This document shows, in pieces, positions 19,604-28,864 of a stretch of DNA of 64,000 nt. A program made the translations under genes and the position numbers. This DNA comes from an uncultured Verrucomicrobiota bacterium (lineage in GTDB: Bacteria > Auribacterota > JABMQX01): NCBI GenBank assembly GCA_964516325.1, contig CAZFAP010000001.1, positions 2,221 to 66,220 on the forward strand, given 5' to 3'. Position 1 is the first letter of the stretch. Every line of letters begins with the position of its first letter. Below the pieces are notes generated by a model. It worked only from the letters and a program-made list of their open reading frames with translations, ran no database searches and was not told the DNA's origin.

Positions 19604-20620
19604 ATGGCACGATCGAACAGTAATTTTCTCTTGCCGAAAACTGTGAGCACGGCGCATCGCTCATCGCTTTCTCGTCGGGCGTTCCTGGGAAATGTTGCTC
19701 TGGGTTTGGGCGGCTTTCTTTGTCCAGGACTCGGTTCGGCTGCTGAGGAGGGAGATGGCGTGAAAACCCGTGTGGTGATTGTTCGAGACCCCGCTGTCAT
19801 TAGCCAACGGAAGATCAGCGCGGAAGTTGCCGGGAAGATGGTTCACCGTGCCGTCTGCCTGCTGACGGGGAAGAACGACCAGACTCTCGCATGGAAGTCT
19901 CTCTTTTCGCCGAAAGAAAGAGTCGCCATAAAAGTGAACACCCGCCACCCCCCTGTCATGGCCAACCCAGAGGTTGTCACCGCCATAATCAACGGCCTGA
20001 AAGCCGCCGGGCTCGACGAGAATCGCATAATTATCTACGACTTCATAGACCACGAGCTGACAAGGGCGGGCTACAAGCTCAATGACTCCTCCACGGGCGT
20101 TCGCTGCTGCGCCTCGAAGGATTTTCGCGAGCTGATGGCGGGGCCGGTTCGCGTCATGCTTTCGAGGATTCTGACAGACGAGGTGGATGCTATCATCAAC
20201 GCCGCCACGTTCAGACATCACGGCATGGCGGGGGTCACCATCTCGATGAAAAATCATCTCGGCAGCGTCCGAACTCCCCGAGACCTCCATGGCGATAACT
20301 GTCTTCACGTCGCCGACCTCAACGCCCTCGACCCCATCCGGAAGAAAACCCGGTTGATCATCACCGACGCCATTCTCGGACAGTACGACGGAGGGCCGTC
20401 GCATCGCCCCCAATTCGTCTGGGCGTACGGGGGATTGATGGCCGGCATTGACCCGGTCGCCGTGGACGCCGTCGCCGCGGAGGAACTCAAAGCAGAGCGA
20501 AACAAGAGGGGACTCGAGGGCCCCATTCGGCCCGCGGTCAAGCACATCCCTCGCGCCGCTGAAATGGGCTTGGGAATCGGAGACCCGACCATGATCGGCG
20601 TCGTCCGGGAGACTCCCTGA
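19604..20620 (+). CDS. DUF362 domain protein with a twin-arginine (Tat) signal
   Basis: SRRAFLGNVALGLGG Tat motif after ATG 19604; the remainder resembles DUF362. Confidence 0.65.
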   Translation: MARSNSNFLLPKTVSTAHRSSLSRRAFLGNVALGLGGFLCPGLGSAAEEGDGVKTRVVIVRDPAVISQRKISAEVAGKMVHRAVCLLTGKNDQTLAWKSLFSPKERVAIKVNTRHPPVMANPEVVTAIINGLKAAGLDENRIIIYDFIDHELTRAGYKLNDSSTGVRCCASKDFRELMAGPVRVMLSRILTDEVDAIINAATFRHHGMAGVTISMKNHLGSVRTPRDLHGDNCLHVADLNALDPIRKKTRLIITDAILGQYDGGPSHRPQFVWAYGGLMAGIDPVAVDAVAAEELKAERNKRGLEGPIRPAVKHIPRAAEMGLGIGDPTMIGVVRETP

Positions 20621-20695
20621 GCAGGACGGCGCGCGGCCGGCATTCCATAGCCGCTGTCGCTCCCAGGTGAGTCCGAGCGAAATGACAAGCGAGCG

Positions 20696-21430
20696 TCATC
20701 GCCTCGCGCGCCGCTCGAAGGCCCAACCCGCAAGTAGCCAACCGAGAGCCACAAAAGCTGCCGCGACGATCAGGGGTATAAGCGGGGTAGGAAAATAGCA
20801 CCGCCCCGAAATGCCAACCCGCAACAATTCCACAACATGCGTCAAAGGGGATGCTATGGCAACCGGCTTGAGCCAGAAGGGAAGTTTCTCAAGCGGCATA
20901 AACACGCCGCTCAGAAAAAGACCTGGAAACCGGATGAAATTGAGCAGGGTCATTGCCTCGAATACCTCCCTCACGGAAACCGCAGCGACGATGCCAAGCA
21001 GAGAGAACGCCGCTCCTCCGAGCAGCAAACCGGCTGTGAAGAGAACCGGATTGCCAAGACGCAGCCTAAGAAACACGGAAAAACCCAGAGTGAGAGCAAC
21101 CGACGTCGCAATCCCGTACAGGGCGGCGCTGGTTGCCTTGCCGAGGACAATGGTTCGATGCGACACCGGAGCGAGGAGCAGACGCTGCAAGGTGCCGGAC
21201 CGCTTCTCGAAAGTGACGACGATGGCGGCCATAGACGTGTTGCCAAAAAGAAGCGTCATGGCAATGGCCCCCGGCGCAACAACCAGATACCTCGATGGGT
21301 CCCTGAGATACACGGCGAGCATCAGGACAGCCGGAAAAAGAAGCCCCCATGTGACCAGCGGGGGCTTGCCATAGTAACTCTCGATGTCCTTCCGGCTGAT
21401 AAAAAGGGCGCGGACCACCTGAGTCATCAC
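20696..21430 (-). CDS. ABC-2 type transporter permease
   Basis: Six TM helices; the ATGA overlap with the upstream ATPase gene indicates an operon. Confidence 0.75.
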   Translation of the reverse strand: MMTQVVRALFISRKDIESYYGKPPLVTWGLLFPAVLMLAVYLRDPSRYLVVAPGAIAMTLLFGNTSMAAIVVTFEKRSGTLQRLLLAPVSHRTIVLGKATSAALYGIATSVALTLGFSVFLRLRLGNPVLFTAGLLLGGAAFSLLGIVAAVSVREVFEAMTLLNFIRFPGLFLSGVFMPLEKLPFWLKPVAIASPLTHVVELLRVGISGRCYFPTPLIPLIVAAAFVALGWLLAGWAFERRARR

Positions 21431-22512
21431 ACCGTCTCCGCTGTCGAAGAATCTGCGCCGAGTATCGTCATAAAGGCGTCCTCGAGGCTGGGGGTAACGC
21501 TCGCGATTTGGAGGAGCCGAACGCCGTGTTTTTCGGCGAGCACGAGGAGCTGCATTACGGCTGCATGGGTGTCGGCAACCTCAAGTTTCCATTTGCCCTC
21601 CGCGAGGGTGGCCGACCGAATTGCGGGGCATAGCTCGAGCACGCTCGGCTGCGGCACTTCCCCCGAAAGAGTCACCGTCAGGTTCTTCCCTTTCTCCACT
21701 CGCTGCCGGACCTCTGCGGCTGTCCCTTCCGCAGCGATCCGCCCCTTGACGAGGATGAGAATGCGGTCGGACAGAGCCTCTGCCTCGGCGAGGTTGTGTG
21801 TCGTCAGAAAGACTGTTGTGCCGCTACGGCTGAGGTCGCGTATCAGGGATCGCAGCGCGCGTGCACTGAGAACGTCCAGCCCCGCCGTAGGCTCGTCCAG
21901 CAAAATGACCTCCGGGCAATGAACAAGAGCCGCCGCAACGGTCAAGCGGCGTTTCATCCCGCGGGATAGCGACTGGAATGGCATCCCGGCTCTGTCCGTC
22001 AAACCAAACGACTCAAGAAGAGAATCGGCTCTCCTCCCGCGCTCCGCGCGCGCCAAACCATATAGCTCCCCAAGGTATTCCAGATTCCTGCGGCACGAGA
22101 GCTCGGGATAGAGGTTAGACTCCTCTGGAACAACCCCGATGCGCTCCTTCACAGCAATAGGCTCCCGGCGGATGTCCAGCTCACACACATAGACCTCTCC
22201 CGCATCGGGTCGGAGCAGGCAAGAGAGAATGTTGATCGTCGTGGTCTTCCCCGCGCCGTTTGGCCCAAGATAACCCAACACTTCGCCCTTCCGGACCCTA
22301 AAACTGACATTTTCCAGGGCGCGCAGGTTGCCGTAGCTTTTGCAGAGTCCTGAGACGCGAACCACGCTGATACCGCCCTTCACTGCGGGTCCGATCACCT
22401 CCGCCTGGGCTTCTTGAGACACGGATGCTCTTTCACACTGCCGTGCCATTTCTTGACCTGCTCCGGTGAGCAGTCTTTTGGCGTCTTTCTCAGCTCGTTT
22501 GGGTTCCGACAC
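21427..22512 (-). CDS. ABC transporter ATP-binding protein
   Basis: Walker A GPNGAGKTT, signature LSRGMKRRLTVAAAL, Walker B ILLDEPTAGLD. Confidence 0.85.
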   Translation of the reverse strand: MSEPKRAEKDAKRLLTGAGQEMARQCERASVSQEAQAEVIGPAVKGGISVVRVSGLCKSYGNLRALENVSFRVRKGEVLGYLGPNGAGKTTTINILSCLLRPDAGEVYVCELDIRREPIAVKERIGVVPEESNLYPELSCRRNLEYLGELYGLARAERGRRADSLLESFGLTDRAGMPFQSLSRGMKRRLTVAAALVHCPEVILLDEPTAGLDVLSARALRSLIRDLSRSGTTVFLTTHNLAEAEALSDRILILVKGRIAAEGTAAEVRQRVEKGKNLTVTLSGEVPQPSVLELCPAIRSATLAEGKWKLEVADTHAAVMQLLVLAEKHGVRLLQIASVTPSLEDAFMTILGADSSTAETV

Positions 22513-22864
22513 CCTTTCTTCTCCTGGCGCATTGTCCTTCTCCTCTGGTTGTTGCGGCTGCTGTGCTTAGACAAGTGCCCCGTCCCATCCCGAATCGAAG
22601 GAAGTCGTCCACCCCTCTCCTCCATCTGGCAAGGCGGGTCTTGTTGAGACGATAATGCACGTAGTAACCCCGCCTCTCAGGTATAACGAGTCCCGCGTCC
22701 CTCAACACTCGCAGGTGCTGCGAGACCGCGCCCTGCGTCACACCGAGCCGTGCTGCAAGCGCGCCAACACATAGGGCCCGGTGGCTCAGAAGCTGAACGA
22801 TTCGCAGGCGCGCCGGGACCGAAAGAACTTTGAACAGACGCGCTGCTCTCTCAATTTTCGCCAT
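22490..22864 (-). CDS. ArsR/SmtB-family HTH transcriptional regulator
   Basis: ARLRIVQLL...CVGALAARLGVTQGAVSQHLRVLRDAGLV is a winged-helix motif. The gene overlaps the start of the ABC ATPase. Confidence 0.75.
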   Translation of the reverse strand: MAKIERAARLFKVLSVPARLRIVQLLSHRALCVGALAARLGVTQGAVSQHLRVLRDAGLVIPERRGYYVHYRLNKTRLARWRRGVDDFLRFGMGRGTCLSTAAATTRGEGQCARRRKGVGTQTS

Positions 22865-23220
22865 ACGAGAACTCCTTTAGTATCCGCTAATATACTAACA
22901 CGGTTCCCCGGGTTGTCGAGAGCAGAAATGCCAGGGCGCCTACTTTCCTTCGTCTCGCACATCATCCCGTGACCGCCTGTTAAGCCCAATGGGGACTCCG
23001 GACCTACGACACGCCATCGCTACCGGGTCGCCGTGCGACCGCTTTTCCAATACGCAAGGCAATCCCTCGCCTGTCCCCCCACCCAAAGAGGCGCCCCATT
23101 CCACGCTCCTTTCCTCAGGACAATGACGAATGACACCGCGCCGCTCCCCCCCAGGCAAAGGTTTCCCCCGCTTTCAGAAAAAACTGAAAAAAAGTCTTGA
23201 CACCCTCCCGGGCACCCGCC

Positions 23221-23243
23221 ATTATTGATAACGATTGCTAATA
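23221..23243 (+). promoter_or_regulatory. Candidate Fur/PerR box (autoregulatory operator) immediately upstream of the Fur-family gene
   Basis: ATTATTGATAACGATTGCTAATA is AT-rich and partly dyad-symmetric; it resembles GATAATGATAATCATTATC-type boxes. It is the only AT-rich patch in a GC-rich intergenic region. Confidence 0.3.
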
Positions 23244-23698
23244 TGAGAAAGCAAGTTGCGAAGAAGAATTATCGGATGACGCGCCAGCGGCAGATCATCC
23301 TCGAAGAGCTCAAGAAGGTCAAAACGCATCCGACGGCCGATGAGCTTTACGAAAGGGTTCGGAGGCGGCTGCCGCGGATTAGCCTGGGCACCGTGTACCG
23401 GAACCTCGATGTTCTCAGCCAGTTCGGCGCGATACAGAGACTCGATCTCGCGGGCGTGCAGCGGCGATTCGATGGAGAACCGGAAGCCCATTATCATGTG
23501 CGCTGCATCACGTGCGGGCGAGTGGACGATGTGTCGTTCGAGCCAATGCCGGGGCTTGAGCGCGGGCTCCGCGATTTGTGCGGTTACAAGGTCGTCGGAC
23601 ACAGACTGGAATTCATCGGCTTGTGTCCGAAGTGCCAGAAACGGAGAAGGCTCTCTCATTCGATAGGCGTCAAAACCGGATTTGCCCCCGGGGCATGA
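23243..23698 (+). CDS. Fur-family metalloregulator, probably a peroxide-responsive repressor (PerR-like)
   Basis: Fur-fold DNA-binding helix (TRQRQIILEEL), HxH metal-site residues and two CxxC pairs (CITCG, CPKC). It heads an island of rbr/sor/dfx/ferritin genes. Confidence 0.8.
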   Translation: MRKQVAKKNYRMTRQRQIILEELKKVKTHPTADELYERVRRRLPRISLGTVYRNLDVLSQFGAIQRLDLAGVQRRFDGEPEAHYHVRCITCGRVDDVSFEPMPGLERGLRDLCGYKVVGHRLEFIGLCPKCQKRRRLSHSIGVKTGFAPGA

Positions 23699-24108
23699 TG
23701 CGGCGCGGCGCCGCGCTCACTTCAATTCTTGCCTTATTGGTAGGAAAGCGAAGCGACGGTTGATCCAGATGGAGAGTGCCGAATCAAGGGATGTTTCCTG
23801 CGCCTTGGGCAGGGAACGACTATTCAGGTGCTGGCGAGTGGACCCATGGACATTCATGGTCCCCTGACGCGGGGCCCTTGGAAAATCGTTAAGTGTCCGG
23901 CAACGGCTGATCTTCCTCGGAACCAAAGATTGACTTTGGAGGTTTACAAAGTAAACATAAATTCTCCTGAGGAGTCGGGGGGTGAAACTTCATTGCTCAC
24001 CGTTCTTGACGCTAACTTGAGCAGGCCGTCGGGGTTGTCACAGTCCGAGGCGGTTTGCCAATGCAGTCCCGAACGGTGGAATGTGTCTTTCCGAAAGGAG
24101 GGAATACC

Positions 24109-24504
24109 ATGGCGGATTTGAGCGAGCGAATTCAAAAGGCGGACTGGAAAAAAGAGAAGCACGTGCCGGTCATCGAGGCGCCGGACCAGGTGAAGGCGGA
24201 TGAGCTTTTCGAGGTCAAGGTAACGCTTGGCAAGGAGATCGCTCATCCCAACACCACAGAACATCATATTCGCTGGATTTCTGTTTTCTTCCATCCCGAA
24301 GGGGGGAAGTTTAGCTTTGAGGTAGGCCACTTTGAATTTTCAGCGCACGGCGAGTCGGTTGACGGCCCGAACAAGGGACCCGTTTACACGCACCACGAAG
24401 TCAAAGCGTCATTAAAGATCAACAAGCCGGGAAGCCTGCACGCCCTTGCCTTGTGCAATATCCACGGGCTTTGGGAGTCGAGCAAGACAATCGCGGTGAG
24501 TTAG
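24109..24504 (+). CDS. Superoxide reductase, class II (neelaredoxin-type 1Fe-SOR)
   Basis: KHVPVIE, H-x5-H, CNIHGLW and the E...K motif; 131 aa from ATG 24109 with an AAAGGAGGG RBS. Confidence 0.85.
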   Translation: MADLSERIQKADWKKEKHVPVIEAPDQVKADELFEVKVTLGKEIAHPNTTEHHIRWISVFFHPEGGKFSFEVGHFEFSAHGESVDGPNKGPVYTHHEVKASLKINKPGSLHALALCNIHGLWESSKTIAVS

Positions 24505-24743
24505 CGGGGGTGTAATCGCCACGCTTTGCGCGTGCGAAGCCGCTTCCCTCGCCGTCGGCAGTCGTGGCATGGTGCAATTTCCCAATCGGCGGCTTTGCGA
24601 ACGTGACGTTCTGTCTGAGCCGACCCCGTGCTCTTGTTGAACGCGGATTGGTCTTGTCGGGAGGCGATGCTCCCTGATGTCGAGACGAATCCGGCGCCGA
24701 AAAGGATTTGCCAAAGTTTTGCTTCTGGAAAGGAGGTGCGGAG

Positions 24744-25106
24744 ATGCCTGAATTCCTGAATCCATTTAGTGGAGTGGTTCCCGGGCGCAAGCTCACTGTT
24801 CGCGAGCTGACACGGGCGATTCGCCTTGCCCTTTCTGCCGAGGAAGAGGCCGTCCATCTCTACGAGGCGCTTGCCGACGCCGCCGACAATGAACTGGCGA
24901 AGGCGGTCCTTCAGGACATAGCGGATGAGGAACGAGTCCATGCGGGAGAGTTCCAGCGCGTTCTGAAGATTCTCCTGCCTGACGAAGAGAAGTGGCTCGC
25001 GGACGGCGCCGCGGAGGTGGACGACATCGCCGAGAAGGTCAAAAAGGGCGAGCCTTCCTCGCCAGAGGGCAAGAAGGTCCCCACAGTCGGCGACATGAAA
25101 GAGTAG
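24744..25106 (+). CDS. Encapsulated ferritin-like protein (EncFtn-like cargo) with a putative C-terminal targeting peptide
   Basis: About 120 aa; paired ExxH diiron motifs (EEEAVHLYE, DEERVHAGEF); flexible Gly/Pro/Ser tail ending PTVGDMKE; lies immediately upstream of the encapsulin shell gene. Confidence 0.6.
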   Translation: MPEFLNPFSGVVPGRKLTVRELTRAIRLALSAEEEAVHLYEALADAADNELAKAVLQDIADEERVHAGEFQRVLKILLPDEEKWLADGAAEVDDIAEKVKKGEPSSPEGKKVPTVGDMKE

Positions 25107-25196
25107 GTCCATTTTATTTAGGAGGGGCTTGGGAGAATCAGCGAGGCTAAGATTGCAAAGCCTCCGAAAGAGAAAATTGAATCAGGAGGATACGCA

Positions 25197-26009
25197 ATGT
25201 CTGAGAAATTTCTGCATCGCGGAGATGCTCCGTTCGACGAAAAAGTCTGGGGAAAAATTGATGAAGCGGTTGTGGGCGCCGCGAAAAGCCAGTTGTCCGC
25301 TCGGCGAGTCTTGCACGTCGAGGGCCCCTATGGACTCGGACTGAAATCTATCCCCGGTCCGGAGTCGGAAGTAGGGGAGACCGCCGTTGAAGGCGCGACC
25401 GTGACGGCGAGTCTCGCCGTTCCGGTCGTTGGCATTCAAAGCTCGTTTCGCCTGTCCGCACGAGACATCGCGGCATTTGAGGAAACGGGCCTCCCCTTCG
25501 ATCTGCGGGGCGCGGTCGCCGCAGCGATCGCCTGCGCAAAACAAGAGGATGCCCTCCTCTTTCACGGTTCCAAGGCGCTCGGTGTCCAGGGATTGCTTAC
25601 CGCTAAGGGAACGCAGCAGCGGAAGCTCAAGCCGTGGACGGAAGTCGGCGTCGCCGTGGATGAGCTCATTCAGACGGTCAACGTTCTCGACGGCGTCGGA
25701 TTTCATGGGCCCTATTCGCTGGCTCTGGCGCCATCGCTCTACAATCTCTTGTTCCGACGGTATCCCCAGGGCGACAAGACCGAGATCGAGCACCTGCGAC
25801 TGCTGGCGACCGACGGCATAGTCAAGGCCCCCGCGATCAAGTCTGGCGGCGTGCTGTTGGCCTCCGGCCGGCAGTTCGCAGCAATTGTCCTGGGACAGGA
25901 CATCCTGACGTCCTTCGTGGGTCCCGCCGGTCGGGATTATGAGCTCTTAGTTTCGGAGAGTGTCGCGCTTCGGTTGGTCGAGCCGGCGGCGGTGTGCGTC
26001 CTGAAGTAG
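25197..26009 (+). CDS. Family-1 encapsulin shell protein (HK97 fold, linocin-M18-like)
   Basis: 270 aa. Clear homology to the T. maritima encapsulin: FLHRGDAPFDEKVWGKIDE...RRVLHVEGPYG, GPYSLAL, VLGQD...SF. Confidence 0.85.
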   Translation: MSEKFLHRGDAPFDEKVWGKIDEAVVGAAKSQLSARRVLHVEGPYGLGLKSIPGPESEVGETAVEGATVTASLAVPVVGIQSSFRLSARDIAAFEETGLPFDLRGAVAAAIACAKQEDALLFHGSKALGVQGLLTAKGTQQRKLKPWTEVGVAVDELIQTVNVLDGVGFHGPYSLALAPSLYNLLFRRYPQGDKTEIEHLRLLATDGIVKAPAIKSGGVLLASGRQFAAIVLGQDILTSFVGPAGRDYELLVSESVALRLVEPAAVCVLK

Positions 26010-26242
26010 AGCTTCGCAACCATCGGTAGAAAGTGAGCCTGTGTCGGAGGAATTGTGCCGACACTACGAATATGCGAGGCTCCCGGGCGTGCTGCTCGCC
26101 AGCGGCTATTGCTTCGCGCGGCTCGACCGCGCAATTCGTCGGGCATGTAATCGTATGGCATACCTGCCGGAAGATATTTCCAGCACGCTCCGGCGTGAGC
26201 GCAGAAAACAAAAACTGGGTGCAGGAGGGACAGTAAAACACC

Positions 26243-26815
26243 ATGGGACTCAGAGGGTCGAAAACCGAGAAGAACGTCCTGACCGCGTTTGCGGGGGAAT
26301 CCCAGGCGAGAAATCGCTATACCTTCTTCGCCAGCCAGGCGAGGAAGGAAGGGTTCGTGCAGATCGCCGACATATTTGAGGAGACCGCCAATCAGGAAAA
26401 GGAGCACGCCAAGCGGTTCTTCCAACTCCTCCAGGGCGGTGACGTGGAGATTACAGCCGCGTTCCCTGCGGGCATCATAGGGACGACCGCCGAGAACCTC
26501 CGAGCGGCTGCCGCAGGCGAGGGACACGAGTGGGGGCAATTGTACCCGTCCTTCGCAAGCGTCGCGCGGCAGGAGGGCTTCGAGGAAATTGCCAGGATGT
26601 TCGATGCCATCGCCGTCGCTGAAAAGCAGCATCAGAAACGGTACCTCGGGCTGCTCGCGAACGTGGAGGCGGGCGTCGTCTTCAAGAAAAAGAGAAGCGT
26701 CGTCTGGCGATGCAGAAACTGCGGCTATGTCCACGAAGGCGCCGAGGCGCCCGAACAATGTCCAGCGTGTGCCCATCCCCAGGCGTTTTTTGAACTGTTG
26801 TGCGAGAACTGGTGA
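26243..26815 (+). CDS. rbr: Rubrerythrin (diiron four-helix bundle plus a C-terminal rubredoxin-like domain)
   Basis: ExxH diiron motifs and a C-terminal CRNCGY...CPAC FeCys4 site. Confidence 0.9.
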   Translation: MGLRGSKTEKNVLTAFAGESQARNRYTFFASQARKEGFVQIADIFEETANQEKEHAKRFFQLLQGGDVEITAAFPAGIIGTTAENLRAAAAGEGHEWGQLYPSFASVARQEGFEEIARMFDAIAVAEKQHQKRYLGLLANVEAGVVFKKKRSVVWRCRNCGYVHEGAEAPEQCPACAHPQAFFELLCENW

Positions 26816-26890
26816 GTCCCTCTTGCTTCGAGGCTCGCGGGGTTCGGTCTTGTGGCTTTGGTCGAACAACCGTAGCACGGGGAGGAAACG

Positions 26891-27346
26891 ATGAGTAAGT
26901 TCAGCTCCGCAGACGAAATTTTGGATTTCGCCGTCGCCAGGGAGGAGGAATCCGTTCGATTCTACTCCGCCTTGGCGGCTAAGGTGCAGAAGCCCCCTAT
27001 GCGAGAAGTCTTCAACGATTTCTCGCGCGAAGAAGAGGGGCACAAAGCAAGACTTCAGGCCATCAAACGTGAGAAGGTCCTGGTGCCCGCAACAGAGAAA
27101 ATTCAGGACCTCAAGGTCGCGGACTACCTGGTTGATGTCCAGCCCGCGACGGATATGGAATATCAGGACGCACTGATCCTGGCGATGAATAAGGAGAAAT
27201 CCTCGTTCCGGCTCTATATGGACCTCGCGGCGAGGACCGACAATCAGAGACTCCGGTCAACCTTACTCGCCCTCGCACAGGAAGAGGCGAAGCATAAGTT
27301 GCGGTTCGAGGTCGAGTACGACGACCACATCCTGAAACAGGATTGA
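26891..27346 (+). CDS. Ferritin-like / rubrerythrin-family diiron protein (no rubredoxin domain)
   Basis: REEESVRFY and EEEGHKARL are ExxH-type motifs; 151 aa; RBS GGGAGGAAACG. Confidence 0.7.
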   Translation: MSKFSSADEILDFAVAREEESVRFYSALAAKVQKPPMREVFNDFSREEEGHKARLQAIKREKVLVPATEKIQDLKVADYLVDVQPATDMEYQDALILAMNKEKSSFRLYMDLAARTDNQRLRSTLLALAQEEAKHKLRFEVEYDDHILKQD

Positions 27347-27421
27347 TGGAGCGACGAAATAGAGAGCTTGGCCGTTTGGCCCGAAGCGCAATGGGCCTGC
27401 AATAGGCGAAGGGTGGGGCGA

Positions 27422-27511
27422 ATGATTTACAGGTACCTCCTCGGCGCCATCATTGGCGCCGCTATTGGCGGAATCGTTGGGCACCTCGGAAAATCCGCCG
27501 GCAGCACCTGA
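27422..27511 (+). CDS. Putative 29-aa glycine-zipper membrane peptide
   Basis: MIYRYLLGAIIGAAIGGIVGHLGKSAGST; 3 nt downstream a second glycine-zipper opens the next gene. A small peptide without a domain hit. Confidence 0.3.
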   Translation: MIYRYLLGAIIGAAIGGIVGHLGKSAGST

Positions 27512-27514
27512 CCC

Positions 27515-27955
27515 ATGTCCGGCAGCCCCACGGGTGGGGTTCTCATTGGAGCTGTCATCGGAATTCTCATAGCGTCGGGTTTGGGCAGCCCGCGAGAAGA
27601 CCAGCCCCCGTCGCGGTACTTGACGGAACTCAAAACGGAAAACGACCTCAGTCAGGTGCTGGCAAGCAACGAGGTGGTCGTAGTGGACTTCTACTCAGAC
27701 CGTTCTCTGCCGAGCAAGAAGCTCAGACCGACCATCAACGAGCTTGCGGCGCAATACGCTGGCAGGGTTGCTGTCGTTGCGGTCAACCTCGGCAGATTTC
27801 CAGGTCTGCGAAGTCAGTACAACATCGCAGACGTTCCCGAAGTGAGGATATTCAAGGCGGGTAAGCTTGAGAGGAGCATCTCCCGGTCAAAACCGAAAAG
27901 GGTTTACGAGGAGGCGCTCGATAGCTTGTTGCCCGCGCGGACCGAAGCGAAATAG
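27515..27955 (+). CDS. Thioredoxin-fold protein with an N-terminal glycine-zipper TM helix, lacking the CxxC active site
   Basis: VVVDFYSDRS...VAVNLG...VPEVRIF follows the thioredoxin beta-alpha-beta order but contains no cysteine. Confidence 0.55.
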   Translation: MSGSPTGGVLIGAVIGILIASGLGSPREDQPPSRYLTELKTENDLSQVLASNEVVVVDFYSDRSLPSKKLRPTINELAAQYAGRVAVVAVNLGRFPGLRSQYNIADVPEVRIFKAGKLERSISRSKPKRVYEEALDSLLPARTEAK

Positions 27956-28002
27956 TCGCGCCTGGCGTTTGGCGTGCAGGATATAGAGCAAGGAGCCAGA
28001 GC

Positions 28003-28821
28003 ATGAAGGGGTTCAGAAGCGCGATTTCCGGGTTCATTCTCGTCGTCACTGCGGTCGGGCACGTCCTGGCCAACGAGGGGCACGCGCACGCCGTCTCCTG
28101 GGGTAGCCTCGTCGTGCCATTCGGGATCGCAACCCTTTCGCTGGCGGTCCTAACCGCCTTGCTCGGACTGCTAATGCCGAAGAACCGCAAGCTCTTGTTC
28201 AAGTGGCACAGGCGGTTCGCCGTGGCGACCCTCGTCGCAGGTGTCTGTCATGCGACGCTCGTCCTCCTGTTCCACGAGGAAGGAGAGGTTCAAAAGGAGG
28301 AACCTATGAAAGAGCGAAAAGATGTCGTGACCATGAAAGGCAATCCGTTGACCTTGCTTGGGGATGAGATAAAAGAAGGCGACGCGGCCCCCGATTTCGT
28401 CGTGATTGACAACAGCCTATCTCCGGTGAAGTTCTCATCGTTCCGCGGCAAAGTGTGCATCATCGCGTCCGTTCCTTCTCTCGACACGTCGGTCTGCGAT
28501 CTCGAAACGCGAAAATTCAACGAAGAGGCTGGGCGGCTGGGACCGGACGTGGTGATCCTGACAATAAGCATGGACCTGCCATTCGCCCAGAAACGTTGGT
28601 GCGGAGCAGCCGGTGTGACGAGGGTCCAGACCTTTTCCGACCACCGCGACGCTTCCTTCGGCAAAGCGTACGGCGTCCTCATCAAGGAGCTGCGGTTGTT
28701 GACGAGGGCGGTCTTCGTCGTGGACCGGCAGGGCACAATCCGCTACGTCGAACCGGTCAGTGAGATGACCAAAGAGCCGGACTACGAGGCTGCTCTGCAA
28801 GCCGTGCGCCTGTTACTCTGA
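28003..28821 (+). CDS. tpx: Thiol peroxidase (Tpx, atypical 2-Cys peroxiredoxin) fused in frame to a ~100-aa N-terminal 3-TM His-rich segment. An internal SD+ATG at 28306 would give a canonical soluble Tpx.
   Basis: The Tpx core is DFVVIDNSLSPVKFSSFRGKVCIIASVPSLDTSVCDLETRKF. Both 28003 and 28306 are preceded by AAGGAG(G) RBS sequences. Confidence 0.8.
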   Translation: MKGFRSAISGFILVVTAVGHVLANEGHAHAVSWGSLVVPFGIATLSLAVLTALLGLLMPKNRKLLFKWHRRFAVATLVAGVCHATLVLLFHEEGEVQKEEPMKERKDVVTMKGNPLTLLGDEIKEGDAAPDFVVIDNSLSPVKFSSFRGKVCIIASVPSLDTSVCDLETRKFNEEAGRLGPDVVILTISMDLPFAQKRWCGAAGVTRVQTFSDHRDASFGKAYGVLIKELRLLTRAVFVVDRQGTIRYVEPVSEMTKEPDYEAALQAVRLLL

Positions 28822-28864
28822 CGACACGCCTGCCGCGGATTCGCCGCGAAAAGGAGCTTGGACC

